From Patescibacteria group bacterium (GTDB lineage Bacteria; Patescibacteriota; Microgenomatia; UBA1400; CG1-02-47-37), in contig JBBTRT010000007.1 of NCBI GenBank assembly GCA_038065055.1, forward strand, positions 1-56,087: a stretch of 56,087 bases of DNA, read 5' to 3'. A program made the translations under genes and the position numbers. Positions 33,214-42,198 of this stretch are shown here, piece by piece (position 1 is the stretch's first letter; each line of letters begins with the position of its first letter). The notes under the pieces were generated by a model that made no database searches, was not told the origin of the DNA, and worked only from the letters and a program-made list of their open reading frames with translations.

Positions 33214-34171
33214 CCAATCGAATAAACACCAAAGAGATAAAAAATTCCTGATTATCCTAACTCTAATGCTGATCATCGGAGTCATTACGACTCTATCTGG
33301 CTATAAACTTTCGAAAAACATTCTCACCCGGGAAAAACTAAAAATCTTCAACCAGGACGCCGAAAAAATCCAGCAATGGATTGAAGAAAGAATGCTCAAC
33401 CATGTTAACGCTCTGCGCGGCTTGCAGGCATTCTGGATCGGAAATAATCAAGCCGTCACCCGGGAAAAATTTAACCTGTATCTGGACTCGCTCAATCTTC
33501 TCAATGATTTTCCCGGCATTTCCTCGGTGGCGTTTATTAAACGGGCCAATGAAAAAATTATCACCACCTACATCAAACCCTTGGCGGACCGGGAAGCAGC
33601 TTTGGGTTTTGACCATAATACCGATCCGCAGCGGAAAGCTTTTTTTGAGCAAATTAGAGACACCGGACGGATCGCTGCTTCTGACCCGCTGGCGCTGATT
33701 ACGACCAACCGGTCGGGAATGTTTCTGGCGGCACCACTCTACGCTGATAGTATAACTCCCGAAAGCATTATCGAACGACAACGCCAACTGGTCGGTTTTT
33801 TAGTCATTGTTTTCCGGGATAACGAGTTATTCAAAGCCATTTTCGGCCGGCAAAATCCCCTGCCGGACCTTGATTTTGTTGTTTATCACGGCAGTTATGA
33901 CAATGGCCATAACACTCCTAAACATGTCTTGTTTGACTCTGACCCGGAATTTAACCCCATCACTGACACCAAATTCCTGCAAACCAAAAAATATATCAGC
34001 GTCGGCAATACGCCCTGGACGATCGTGGTCACCGCCAAACCGTCGTTTAGCTTGACCGCGACTGAGGAAAATCTTCCCAAGACCATGTTAACCGTCGGGC
34101 TCGCCCTGAGTGGCGTATTCGGCCTTATCATTTTGTCTTTTTACCGCCAACACTTGAAAAAATGGCACTAA
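33188..34171 (+). CDS. CHASE-like extracytoplasmic sensor domain flanked by two TM helices, with no output domain
   Basis: W.EERM...L..L.AF.......F..Y...L....PGISSVAFI pattern. A C-terminal TM helix is followed by only approximately 10 aa. The start is uncertain (33188 or 33266); the ORF-track start at 32975 overlaps the previous gene. Confidence 0.55.
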   Translation: MTTLKTSFNQSNKHQRDKKFLIILTLMLIIGVITTLSGYKLSKNILTREKLKIFNQDAEKIQQWIEERMLNHVNALRGLQAFWIGNNQAVTREKFNLYLDSLNLLNDFPGISSVAFIKRANEKIITTYIKPLADREAALGFDHNTDPQRKAFFEQIRDTGRIAASDPLALITTNRSGMFLAAPLYADSITPESIIERQRQLVGFLVIVFRDNELFKAIFGRQNPLPDLDFVVYHGSYDNGHNTPKHVLFDSDPEFNPITDTKFLQTKKYISVGNTPWTIVVTAKPSFSLTATEENLPKTMLTVGLALSGVFGLIILSFYRQHLKKWH

Positions 34172-34181
34172 AAAGCTTTCA

Positions 34182-35486
34182 TTGACAATGAAAGCTTTTG
34201 GTGATATATTCTCATTACCAATGAAATCTTTCGAACAAATCCGCCTCGCCCTAATCGAACAAAAACAGGAATTTATAAACCAAAACCCAGGCACAACCAG
34301 AAACCTGTTGACGGTAGTCGCCCGGTACGTTAAAACGCCGTTTCCGGTCATTATTTCCGGGTTGCGCCGGGCCGGAAAATCCACCCTATTGGCCCAATTG
34401 GCCCGCCGGTTTTATCCTAACGGAAATTATTTCTATGTTAATTTTGAAGACGAGCGGTTTTTAGCTTTTTCCGCTGCGGATTTTGCCCGGCTTCATGAAC
34501 TGCTCATCGAGCTTTTTGGCAACCAAAAGGTATTTATTTTTGATGAAATTCAAAATATTGCCGGCTGGGAAAGATTTATCAACCGCATGGCCAAAGGAAA
34601 ATATAAATTTTATATTACCGGTTCCAATGCCGCGCTTCTTTCCCGGGAACTGGGCACAAAATTGACCGGCCGCTACTTGCCGGTCGAACTATTTCCCTTC
34701 TCCTTTGATGAATACCTGCGTTTCCGGAAAATTCCCCGCCCGAATTTAACCCGGCTCACCACCGTCCAAAAGGGCGGATTAAAAAAAGCTTTCGCCGCCT
34801 ACTTACAAAACGGAGGTATCCCCCAAGTCTTGCAATACCCCCAACTGCCTTTGGCAAAAACGCTTTACGACGATATTCTTAACCGGGACGTCGCCCAAAG
34901 ATACAAAATTACCGATATCAAATCTTTAAGAGGGTTGACTTTTTATCTTTTCAGCAACATCGCCTCGCTGATTTCTTACAATAAACTTAAACAGCTGCTG
35001 CAGCTGGGCAGCGTCAATACTGTTTCCGGATACATCGAATATTTACAGGCAAGTTGGTTAATTTTTGCCGTCAACCGCTACGCTTTTTCCGTTAAAAAAC
35101 AGCAAATCGCCAATAAAAAAATTTACGGCATCGATACCGGATTGATTAAAACCGTATCTTTTTCTTTTTCCCAAAACCGGGGAAAATTTTTGGAAAACAT
35201 TGTCTTTCTTCAACTTTGCCGGGAAAATCGGGAAAATATTTACTACTATAAAACCGCCGCCAACCATGAAGTTGATTTTTACCTGCCGCGTAACAAAACT
35301 TTTATCCAGGTTTGCCGCAGCCTGACTGATACTCAAACTCAAACCAGGGAAACCCAAGCTCTGGCTGAAGCCATGAAAGAAATCAAAAACAGCCGCGGCC
35401 TGATTTTAACCGAGGCGGAAACCAGCCGCCTTTATCTTAATCAACAATCGGTTCCGGTAATACCGATTTATGAATGGCTGCTATAA
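34182..35486 (+). CDS. AAA+ ATPase with a C-terminal DUF4143/PD-(D/E)xK-like domain (copy 1)
   Basis: Walker A (GLRRAGKST), Walker B (FIFDEIQ), and a C-terminal HEVDFYL nuclease-like motif. Confidence 0.8.
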   Translation: MTMKAFGDIFSLPMKSFEQIRLALIEQKQEFINQNPGTTRNLLTVVARYVKTPFPVIISGLRRAGKSTLLAQLARRFYPNGNYFYVNFEDERFLAFSAADFARLHELLIELFGNQKVFIFDEIQNIAGWERFINRMAKGKYKFYITGSNAALLSRELGTKLTGRYLPVELFPFSFDEYLRFRKIPRPNLTRLTTVQKGGLKKAFAAYLQNGGIPQVLQYPQLPLAKTLYDDILNRDVAQRYKITDIKSLRGLTFYLFSNIASLISYNKLKQLLQLGSVNTVSGYIEYLQASWLIFAVNRYAFSVKKQQIANKKIYGIDTGLIKTVSFSFSQNRGKFLENIVFLQLCRENRENIYYYKTAANHEVDFYLPRNKTFIQVCRSLTDTQTQTRETQALAEAMKEIKNSRGLILTEAETSRLYLNQQSVPVIPIYEWLL

Positions 35487-35968
35487 TTAAACTTATGAAA
35501 ATAGGTAAAGAATATATTTTATTAATCATCGCCGGTCTGTTTTTATTGGCTTACGTCCTGCAATCGGGTGTTAAACCTCTGACTATCAACCTGACCTCGC
35601 CGTACGCTTTCCTCAGGGCCGAATATTGGCAAACATTTCCTTTTACCACCGCCATTATTCTTATCCGCGGCCTGGCCTTATTTATTCTCCCTTTATGGCT
35701 CTTCTCTTTTTTCGGCCCGGCCCATTATGCTAAAGTTGCCACCCTCTTAATTCTCTCCGGCTTGGCCCAGCTTTATGCGCTTCAGGAAGTAATTACCGGC
35801 GCCAAAATGGTCCCCCTGGAATGGTCGCTGTCTTTATCTCTCTCCGGCATGGCTCTGCTTTTACCCACGCTGATTTTTTTCCTCCAGGGCTTAATCCACT
35901 CCGCTCACCAGAAAATTTCCAGCGCCCCCAACCCGTTTGCTAAAGACGAAAACGAGAACGACGATTAA
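35474..35968 (+). CDS. polytopic membrane protein
   Basis: 164-aa ORF with approximately 5 hydrophobic helices. Confidence 0.5.
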   Translation: MAAIIKLMKIGKEYILLIIAGLFLLAYVLQSGVKPLTINLTSPYAFLRAEYWQTFPFTTAIILIRGLALFILPLWLFSFFGPAHYAKVATLLILSGLAQLYALQEVITGAKMVPLEWSLSLSLSGMALLLPTLIFFLQGLIHSAHQKISSAPNPFAKDENENDD

Positions 35969-36680
35969 TCAAAAGCCAGTTAATTACTTCTTTCTGTAAA
36001 ACAGGAATTATCTTTTTTTGGCCTCTTGGTAAAAATTTTCCTAAATCTTTGACTAATACTGTCTGGGGAATTGATTCTAATCTTTTAATAATTTGGTCTT
36101 TTAATTTTCCTGTCCGTATGCCTCTTGAAAGTAACCACCAAATGTCAAAAATGTCGCGGCCTTTCTGCCGAAATTCTAAGGCTTTAAATTTTTCGCTTAA
36201 AATTCTCTCCTCTGAAAGATGAAATATTTGGGGAAAAATCATCACCGGGAACCGGGTGGTTAAGGTCGAAATTTGCCTGTTTTTGATTATTTTTTGTTGG
36301 TGAAAATCCAGCCTAATACTCAACGGATATTTGAATTCACTGCTGTTATAGATAATTCTAAAACGAATCCCCTCTTTTCCCTTATATAATGGGTCAAGTT
36401 TTATATTTGGAAGCTCTCGGCTAATTTTTCCTACAATCTTTTTTAAAAGTCTGGTAATTTGTGAATCCTGGCAATTTGTGGAAAAATCTAAATCCTCTGA
36501 AAACCTAGGCGAGCCAAAAAGAAGCCTTAAAGCTGTTCCGCCTTTAAATATAATCTTGCTGGCTTCTTTTTCCTGATATAAATAACTCAAGAAAACTAAT
36601 TGCAAATATTCTCTAAAAATACTATATTCATCCATCTGAAAAATTATTGATAAGTCTTTAATTTGATCTGTGGTGATCAT
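35940..36680 (-). CDS. AbiEii/AbiGii-family nucleotidyltransferase toxin
   Basis: FKGGTALRLLFGSPRFSEDLDFS motif. Confidence 0.8.
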   Translation of the reverse strand: MITTDQIKDLSIIFQMDEYSIFREYLQLVFLSYLYQEKEASKIIFKGGTALRLLFGSPRFSEDLDFSTNCQDSQITRLLKKIVGKISRELPNIKLDPLYKGKEGIRFRIIYNSSEFKYPLSIRLDFHQQKIIKNRQISTLTTRFPVMIFPQIFHLSEERILSEKFKALEFRQKGRDIFDIWWLLSRGIRTGKLKDQIIKRLESIPQTVLVKDLGKFLPRGQKKIIPVLQKEVINWLLINRRSRFRL

Positions 36681-37261
36681 AGGTGTTTTTTAATTTCTCT
36701 ATATATTGTCTGCCCGTATATTTTAGCCCATTTTAAAAGTATTTTTTTCTCCAGCCTGGTTATATCTATTTCTTCCCAGTCCAAATTAGCCAACCCTTTC
36801 GAAGCAAAATAAACATAATCTAAAAGCGCCTTTTCCGGCCTGGCAATTAAAAAATCCGCTTTTTTCTCCCAACCCCAAAAAAGCTTAGGGTCAATTTTTG
36901 AATAAATAAAATCTTTTCCGTCAATTATATAATTTTTAGATTTTTTAATACCAATCGATGTAATTTGATAAGAAAAACCGGTCATTATTGAATGAAATGA
37001 TAAGGCCGACTGCATCGAGATATACGACGGTTGATACAAAAAATTGGCCATCGAAAAATCGTCAACCGCTTTTAAGGTAAAATAATATTTGCCTTTAATC
37101 ACTTTTTGTAAAATCTTATTCCTGGTCAGCCGTTGAATTCTTTTGTATAAAGTTTGCCGATTATTAATCGCTAAAATTCCCCCCAATTCATTTAAGCTAA
37201 AAAAAGGAATGCTTTTCAAAGAAAGTTTCTTAACTATTTGACTTATTGATAACGTTACCAT
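36677..37261 (-). CDS. AbiEi-like antitoxin/transcriptional regulator
   Basis: N-terminal wHTH (...RIQRLTRNKILQKVIKGKYY). Its stop overlaps the toxin start by 4 nt. Confidence 0.7.
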   Translation of the reverse strand: MVTLSISQIVKKLSLKSIPFFSLNELGGILAINNRQTLYKRIQRLTRNKILQKVIKGKYYFTLKAVDDFSMANFLYQPSYISMQSALSFHSIMTGFSYQITSIGIKKSKNYIIDGKDFIYSKIDPKLFWGWEKKADFLIARPEKALLDYVYFASKGLANLDWEEIDITRLEKKILLKWAKIYGQTIYREIKKHL

Positions 37262-37271
37262 AATTAGGACA

Positions 37272-37300
37272 AATATATACTAATTAATGAACTCTGTCAA
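37272..37300 (-). promoter_or_regulatory. sigma70-like promoter (TTGACA, 17 nt, TATATT) for the AbiEi/AbiEii pair
   Basis: Read on the minus strand. The -35 lies within sequence duplicated at 39615-39620. Confidence 0.45.
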
Positions 37301-37303
37301 ACA

Positions 37304-38323
37304 TTAAGCAATCGCATCGCTAATCTGGCTGACATAGACACTGGCCGCCAAATTGGTAATGCTGGTGTAAGTCTCCAACGGCACATATTTAGGCGCCGAC
37401 GTGGCTTTTCTCACCCTTACCCGGATCACGTCGCTGTTGGTCGCCACGCCGGTAACCACTACCGTGGAAAGACTGGCGGTGCCGATGGCCAAAATAGCCG
37501 CGGAGGTCTCATCGTAAATTTCGTAGGTCGAACCCACCACCACGTTATTTAAGGTAATCGTCGCTAAATCCAAGGGGTATTGATAATCCTGGGCGGTCGT
37601 AGTTGAAATGGTTGTCAGATAAACGCTGGTGATAGCCGTGGCGTTAGTCGTACTCGTCGTGATTTCTAATTTCAGTTTAAAACCATTAACGGCGCTTATA
37701 CTGGCTTCACCGCTTAACGCCGTTCCCAGCGTGGTGGCTGTTTTACTTGCCGACCAAGCGCTAAATCCGTTGCCATCATTTTTATCTATTTGATAACGGT
37801 AAGTATAGTTAGTGGCTGTTCCTCCGGCCATGACTCCAGCCGTATTAGTAAATCCTGTATATCCAATAATGTATTCGGGTATGGTAAAGACGGCTATTTG
37901 ACCAACCGTTGGCATATACAGACCGCCGGCGCTGGTAAAAGCCGCCCCGCCGGATAAAGTCGCTTGTGAACTTGTCAGCGAGGTAGTTTCATTCATTATA
38001 ATAACGATTCTTCCGGCAGTAGTTGAAGTGTGGCAGTCAAAAAAGTGGGTTCCGTAAATACTGGTCGCGGCCGTGAGGGCCGGAACGCCGCCAATACCTT
38101 TACGGGTCAAATTCAACATATTATTTAAATCAGCGCCGTCAGCATAATCTGTAAACACATTTTCAAACGTAATTCTCGTAGATGAGTTGTCTGGCGAAGT
38201 AGCACTTACGTAGTAAATACCATTTAACCTTGTATTAGAACAATACACGCGCTGGACTTTTATGTATGTCAAGTACCGATTAGTCAAGCCTGGGTAAACA
38301 ACCAAGCCCAAAACGTCAGCCAA
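37304..38323 (-). pseudogene. 5'-truncated second copy (silent cassette?) of the fibre-like gene
   Basis: Homologous to the last approximately 335 aa of the 856-aa protein. It has no ATG; the ORF opens at TTG and the frame is open back to the ATPase TGA. No promoter was seen. Confidence 0.6.
37326..37684. repeat. 359-bp block 100 percent identical to 39646..40004 (direct repeat)
   Basis: Compared line by line with an offset of 2320. Identity ends abruptly at 37684/40004. Confidence 0.95.
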
Positions 38324-38380
38324 AAAATGACTGCCGCTTCCGATCCGTTTGACGATGAAGAAGATTAAAAACCGCCGGAA

Positions 38381-39583
38381 TCAATTGATAGCGGTGTAGG
38401 GAATATAATTAACTTTATTTTTTGCAACAATTTTGTTATCCACTAAAGATATTACAGTCTGACTGACAAATCTAGTTGACTTTTTAGTAAAATAATTCAT
38501 CCCTACGGCAAAAGCATCTTTGATCGACGCGGATAATTTAATTTCTATTAGATTAAGCCCGTTGTCCTCGATGACTAAATCAACCTCATGCCCTTCTTTG
38601 TCTCTAAGATAATAAATTGCTGGTTCTCTCCCTCTAAATAGATAGCTTTTGATAATCTCAGAAATTATGTAAGTTTCAAAAAACGCGCCCGGCATCGCCC
38701 CGGCTTGAAGCGCTTCCGGGGTCCCCCATTTAGTCAGATATGCAACCAGTCCGGTATCCAAAAAGTAAAGCTTGGGTGATTTGATAATTCTTTTGGTAAC
38801 GTTGGGAAAATATGGCCTTAATAGATAAATTTGCCGGGTGTTTTCCAAAATACCCAACCATTCAACCGCAGTGGTGGGAGATACCCCGCTATCTCTGGCT
38901 AAATCCGAAATATTTAATACCTGGCCTGTTCTGGCCGCACAAACCTGGATAAAACGATTAAATTCACTGGTTTTATTCACCCCGAAAATTCCCACCAAAT
39001 CCCTATCCAAATATGTTTGGATATAAGAATTAAAATATACTTCCCGGTTTGGGACCGGTTTTGATTGAAATATGGGAAAGCCGCCGGCAAAAATATCTCT
39101 GAATAGATCATTTATTTTAGGCTTTCGGTAAATACCGCCAAATGGGTATTTACCGGACATCCGGTCCAGATTTTTTTCCGCCATCGATAAACCAAGAATA
39201 TTTAATACTGCCACTCTTCCGGCAAGAGACTCCTGGATATTTCTGATTAAGCTGAATTGCTGTGAACCGGTCAACCAGAATTGCCCATTTTTGCCCGACT
39301 GATCAACAATTTTTTTTATCTGGGAAAAAAGCTCGGGGGCATATTGCACCTCGTCAATGATAGCCGGTAAAGGCAATTGCTGCAGGAATAAAGCCGGATC
39401 TTTTTGGGCTAATTCCCTTTGATTTAAATCATCCAAAGTAATATAGCTGAATTTTTTATTCTCGGCTAATTTTTTTAAAACTGTTGTTTTCCCTACCTGC
39501 CGGGGCCCGCCTAAAAACACCACCTTAAAAGTCTGGCTCGATTCCCAGATAACCGGTTCAATAAACCTAGGAATATATTTCAT
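38381..39583 (-). CDS. AAA+ ATPase with a DUF4143/PD-(D/E)xK-like C-terminal domain (copy 2)
   Basis: GGPRQVGKTT Walker A, IIDEVQ Walker B, HEVDLVI. Confidence 0.8.
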   Translation of the reverse strand: MKYIPRFIEPVIWESSQTFKVVFLGGPRQVGKTTVLKKLAENKKFSYITLDDLNQRELAQKDPALFLQQLPLPAIIDEVQYAPELFSQIKKIVDQSGKNGQFWLTGSQQFSLIRNIQESLAGRVAVLNILGLSMAEKNLDRMSGKYPFGGIYRKPKINDLFRDIFAGGFPIFQSKPVPNREVYFNSYIQTYLDRDLVGIFGVNKTSEFNRFIQVCAARTGQVLNISDLARDSGVSPTTAVEWLGILENTRQIYLLRPYFPNVTKRIIKSPKLYFLDTGLVAYLTKWGTPEALQAGAMPGAFFETYIISEIIKSYLFRGREPAIYYLRDKEGHEVDLVIEDNGLNLIEIKLSASIKDAFAVGMNYFTKKSTRFVSQTVISLVDNKIVAKNKVNYIPYTAIN

Positions 39584-39591
39584 ATATGACC

Positions 39592-39620
39592 ATTTTAAAC
39601 TATCACTTTAAATTAGTCAA
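39592..39620 (-). promoter_or_regulatory. sigma70-like promoter (TTGACT, 17 nt, TAAAAT), 8 nt before the ATPase ATG
   Basis: Read on the minus strand. Suggests a leaderless-type transcript. Confidence 0.45.
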
Positions 39621-39623
39621 GTT

Positions 39624-42194
39624 TTAAGCAATCACGTCGGCGATTTGGCTGACATAGACACTGGCCGCCAAATTGGTAATGCTGGTGTAAGTCTCCAACG
39701 GCACATATTTAGGCGCCGACGTGGCTTTTCTCACCCTTACCCGGATCACGTCGCTGTTGGTCGCCACGCCGGTAACCACTACCGTGGAAAGACTGGCGGT
39801 GCCGATGGCCAAAATAGCCGCGGAGGTCTCATCGTAAATTTCGTAGGTCGAACCCACCACCACGTTATTTAAGGTAATCGTCGCTAAATCCAAGGGGTAT
39901 TGATAATCCTGGGCGGTCGTAGTTGAAATGGTTGTCAGATAAACGCTGGTGATAGCCGTGGCGTTAGTCGTACTCGTCGTGATTTCTAATTTCAGTTTAA
40001 AACCGAGACTGGCATCTATTCCGGTCAAACCATTCAAAGCTGTTCCAAGAGTTGTGGCCGTATAACCGGCTGACAACGCGCTGTATCCATTCCCGTCATT
40101 TTTATCTATTTGATATTTATAGGTGTAGTTGGTCGCTGTCCCGCCCGCCATTACCAAAGCGGTATTGGAAAATCCGGTGTGGCCAATAATATAGTTTGGC
40201 GTCGTAAAAGTGACGCTGTGGCCAATCACCGGCATATACAGTCCGCCCGCCGAAGTGAAAGCGGCCCCGTTTAATAAGGCCACTTGTCCGCTGGTATCAG
40301 CCGACGCCTCGTTCATGAGAATAGCAATCCTGCCGGCCGTAGTCGAGGTAAAACCGTCTCTCCAGTGCGTGCCATATACTGAAGTTTGGGCGGTCAAGGC
40401 CCCGGTCCCACCCATGCCTTTGCGAGATAAATTAAGGACCGCCATCACGTCAACCGCGTCCGCATAATCACCCCAAACATTTTCTTCGGTAATATCTTTA
40501 GAGGAGTTGTCCGCCGTCATGATCCCGGTTCTGGTATTACTGCAGTAAACCCGCTGGATTTTGATATCAAAACAAGCTCCAGCGGCAGGTATGGTATAAA
40601 TCAGTCCGCAAATGTTAGCGCTGCCAAAAGTTAAGGGAACGGCTCTCGTGCCAATATTGCGCAACTTAATATTCGCGCACCCCGTGGTCATATAAAGAAG
40701 TGAGGTATATGGATGGGTATTGGTCACCGGTAAGGTCAAACCGGTAAAAGTACAGTTAATCGTGTTGGCCGAGAGCATCCATACATAAGTGGCATAGGTA
40801 GTGACCGTGGTACCGCTTACCGCATTCGCATACACTACATCAGTCGTGGTAATCCCGTCACAGGTTATAAAAGCCATCGGACCTTGAATAATATTGGGAT
40901 TGGTCCAGGTACATTGCTTTAACCGCGTGCCATTAACTGCATAAGTTGTAGCATTACCTTTTATAGTATTAGCCCGGATAGTGTCCCTTACAAAAGTAAA
41001 GCCCGTAATGTCTGTCAGGGTGTTGGTGTGCGCGCCGGAAGCGGCCTGAGATACTCTCGCCCAGACGCAATCGGTCAAGGTTCCGCCGGCAAAATTTAGA
41101 GTCATTGTCAGTGGTGACATTAAAAGAGCCGTTGTTGGTTTATTACCAACCCCGACTTTTGACCAGGTAATAGCGGTGGCACATTCTGACAATAAAATAC
41201 CGTCCACGAATCCGCTATTGGTAATTTGAATCGAATATCCTTGAGAAAATGACCCATACCAAGCCGAGTTGCATTTATCGATATTGACTACGCCGCCGCC
41301 GGTACAGGTAAAATCATAACGCGTGGCAATAGTAGCGTTGGGAATTACATTGGCAGTTCTTGCGGCAGTTGTACAGTTTTCAAGAAATACATTACCGATT
41401 ACCACAGCTAATCCCGAGGCCGGGGTATAGCCATTAGTCGCCGCCCCGGAATTACCGATACGCACCAGTCCCGTGTTATCAATCCAAACTACTTTGCCTC
41501 TGGTTGCCTCGGTACCGGTGGTAGTAGTCGTGCCGGCATTAGGGTAAAACTCATAGTCGGCCTGGCCGCTGGTTTTTTCAATAAAAACTCCGGCCGCGTA
41601 ACGCAAAAGTCCATTATTGGGAATCTGAAGTGTCTGATTCGACGCGCCGCTGGTTGTGCCGAGCGAAAACCAAGCGCCGGTAATATTAACTTCGCCCAAC
41701 CGGTTAGCGTTGATTGTCGAAGCCTCGTCCCCGACTATTTCCAGCCAACCAACGCGGCCGGCATCAGAAGCCGTAGCGGTAATTCCCGCCAAAGCCCCGG
41801 CGGCATAAGCCCCGGTTTTTTGCTTGACACGGATAAATCCGGCCGCCGGCATGGCTGCTCCTGTTGCCGTGGAAGCCGCCGTTAGCGCGGAATGAACGCC
41901 AATCAACTTACCGCTGCCGGTGCTGTTGGTAATAACCGTATTCCAAGCCGGAACATTTCCCGAACCGCCTGTGTAAGGAATCATCCAAATAGCCGTACCG
42001 TCGATATTGCATTTTCCACCAGTCGCCGCGGTAATGGTAATCGGTCCAAGAGTTGCGCTCGTTGTCTGATTTAGTCCCACCCGGCTATCTTGATCAATAG
42101 TTAAAATATACCCGGCAGTATTATAAGTATCGCCACCCGCCTTAGAAGTCAGAGCGTCTATGTTAGTATTTGCAGTTAATGTAAATGTAGCCAT
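39624..42194 (-). CDS. 856-aa Thr/Gly/Ala-rich beta-type fibre/tailspike-like protein, no signal peptide
   Basis: Long ORF with composition and repeated beta-strand-like segments typical of phage receptor-binding proteins. Its C-terminal module is shared with 37304..38323 and 45766..48189. Confidence 0.7.
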   Translation of the reverse strand: MATFTLTANTNIDALTSKAGGDTYNTAGYILTIDQDSRVGLNQTTSATLGPITITAATGGKCNIDGTAIWMIPYTGGSGNVPAWNTVITNSTGSGKLIGVHSALTAASTATGAAMPAAGFIRVKQKTGAYAAGALAGITATASDAGRVGWLEIVGDEASTINANRLGEVNITGAWFSLGTTSGASNQTLQIPNNGLLRYAAGVFIEKTSGQADYEFYPNAGTTTTTGTEATRGKVVWIDNTGLVRIGNSGAATNGYTPASGLAVVIGNVFLENCTTAARTANVIPNATIATRYDFTCTGGGVVNIDKCNSAWYGSFSQGYSIQITNSGFVDGILLSECATAITWSKVGVGNKPTTALLMSPLTMTLNFAGGTLTDCVWARVSQAASGAHTNTLTDITGFTFVRDTIRANTIKGNATTYAVNGTRLKQCTWTNPNIIQGPMAFITCDGITTTDVVYANAVSGTTVTTYATYVWMLSANTINCTFTGLTLPVTNTHPYTSLLYMTTGCANIKLRNIGTRAVPLTFGSANICGLIYTIPAAGACFDIKIQRVYCSNTRTGIMTADNSSKDITEENVWGDYADAVDVMAVLNLSRKGMGGTGALTAQTSVYGTHWRDGFTSTTAGRIAILMNEASADTSGQVALLNGAAFTSAGGLYMPVIGHSVTFTTPNYIIGHTGFSNTALVMAGGTATNYTYKYQIDKNDGNGYSALSAGYTATTLGTALNGLTGIDASLGFKLKLEITTSTTNATAITSVYLTTISTTTAQDYQYPLDLATITLNNVVVGSTYEIYDETSAAILAIGTASLSTVVVTGVATNSDVIRVRVRKATSAPKYVPLETYTSITNLAASVYVSQIADVIA
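39646..40004. repeat. 359-bp block 100 percent identical to 37326..37684
   Basis: See the partner repeat. Confidence 0.95.
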
Positions 42195-42198
42195 GAAT

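Noticed and set aside
38324-38383. An ATPase-fibre fusion by read-through. The ATPase copy 2 TGA and the fibre-fragment frame are in phase, with 19 open codons between them.
   Set aside because: Being in phase has a one-in-three chance. No read-through context or slippery site was noticed, and standard TGA stops are used elsewhere.
37304-40004. A diversity-generating retroelement (template/variable repeat) as the explanation for the duplicated fibre 3' ends.
   Set aside because: The repeats are 100 percent identical over 359 bp. The few differences in the last codons are not adenine-specific. No reverse transcriptase is present in the window.
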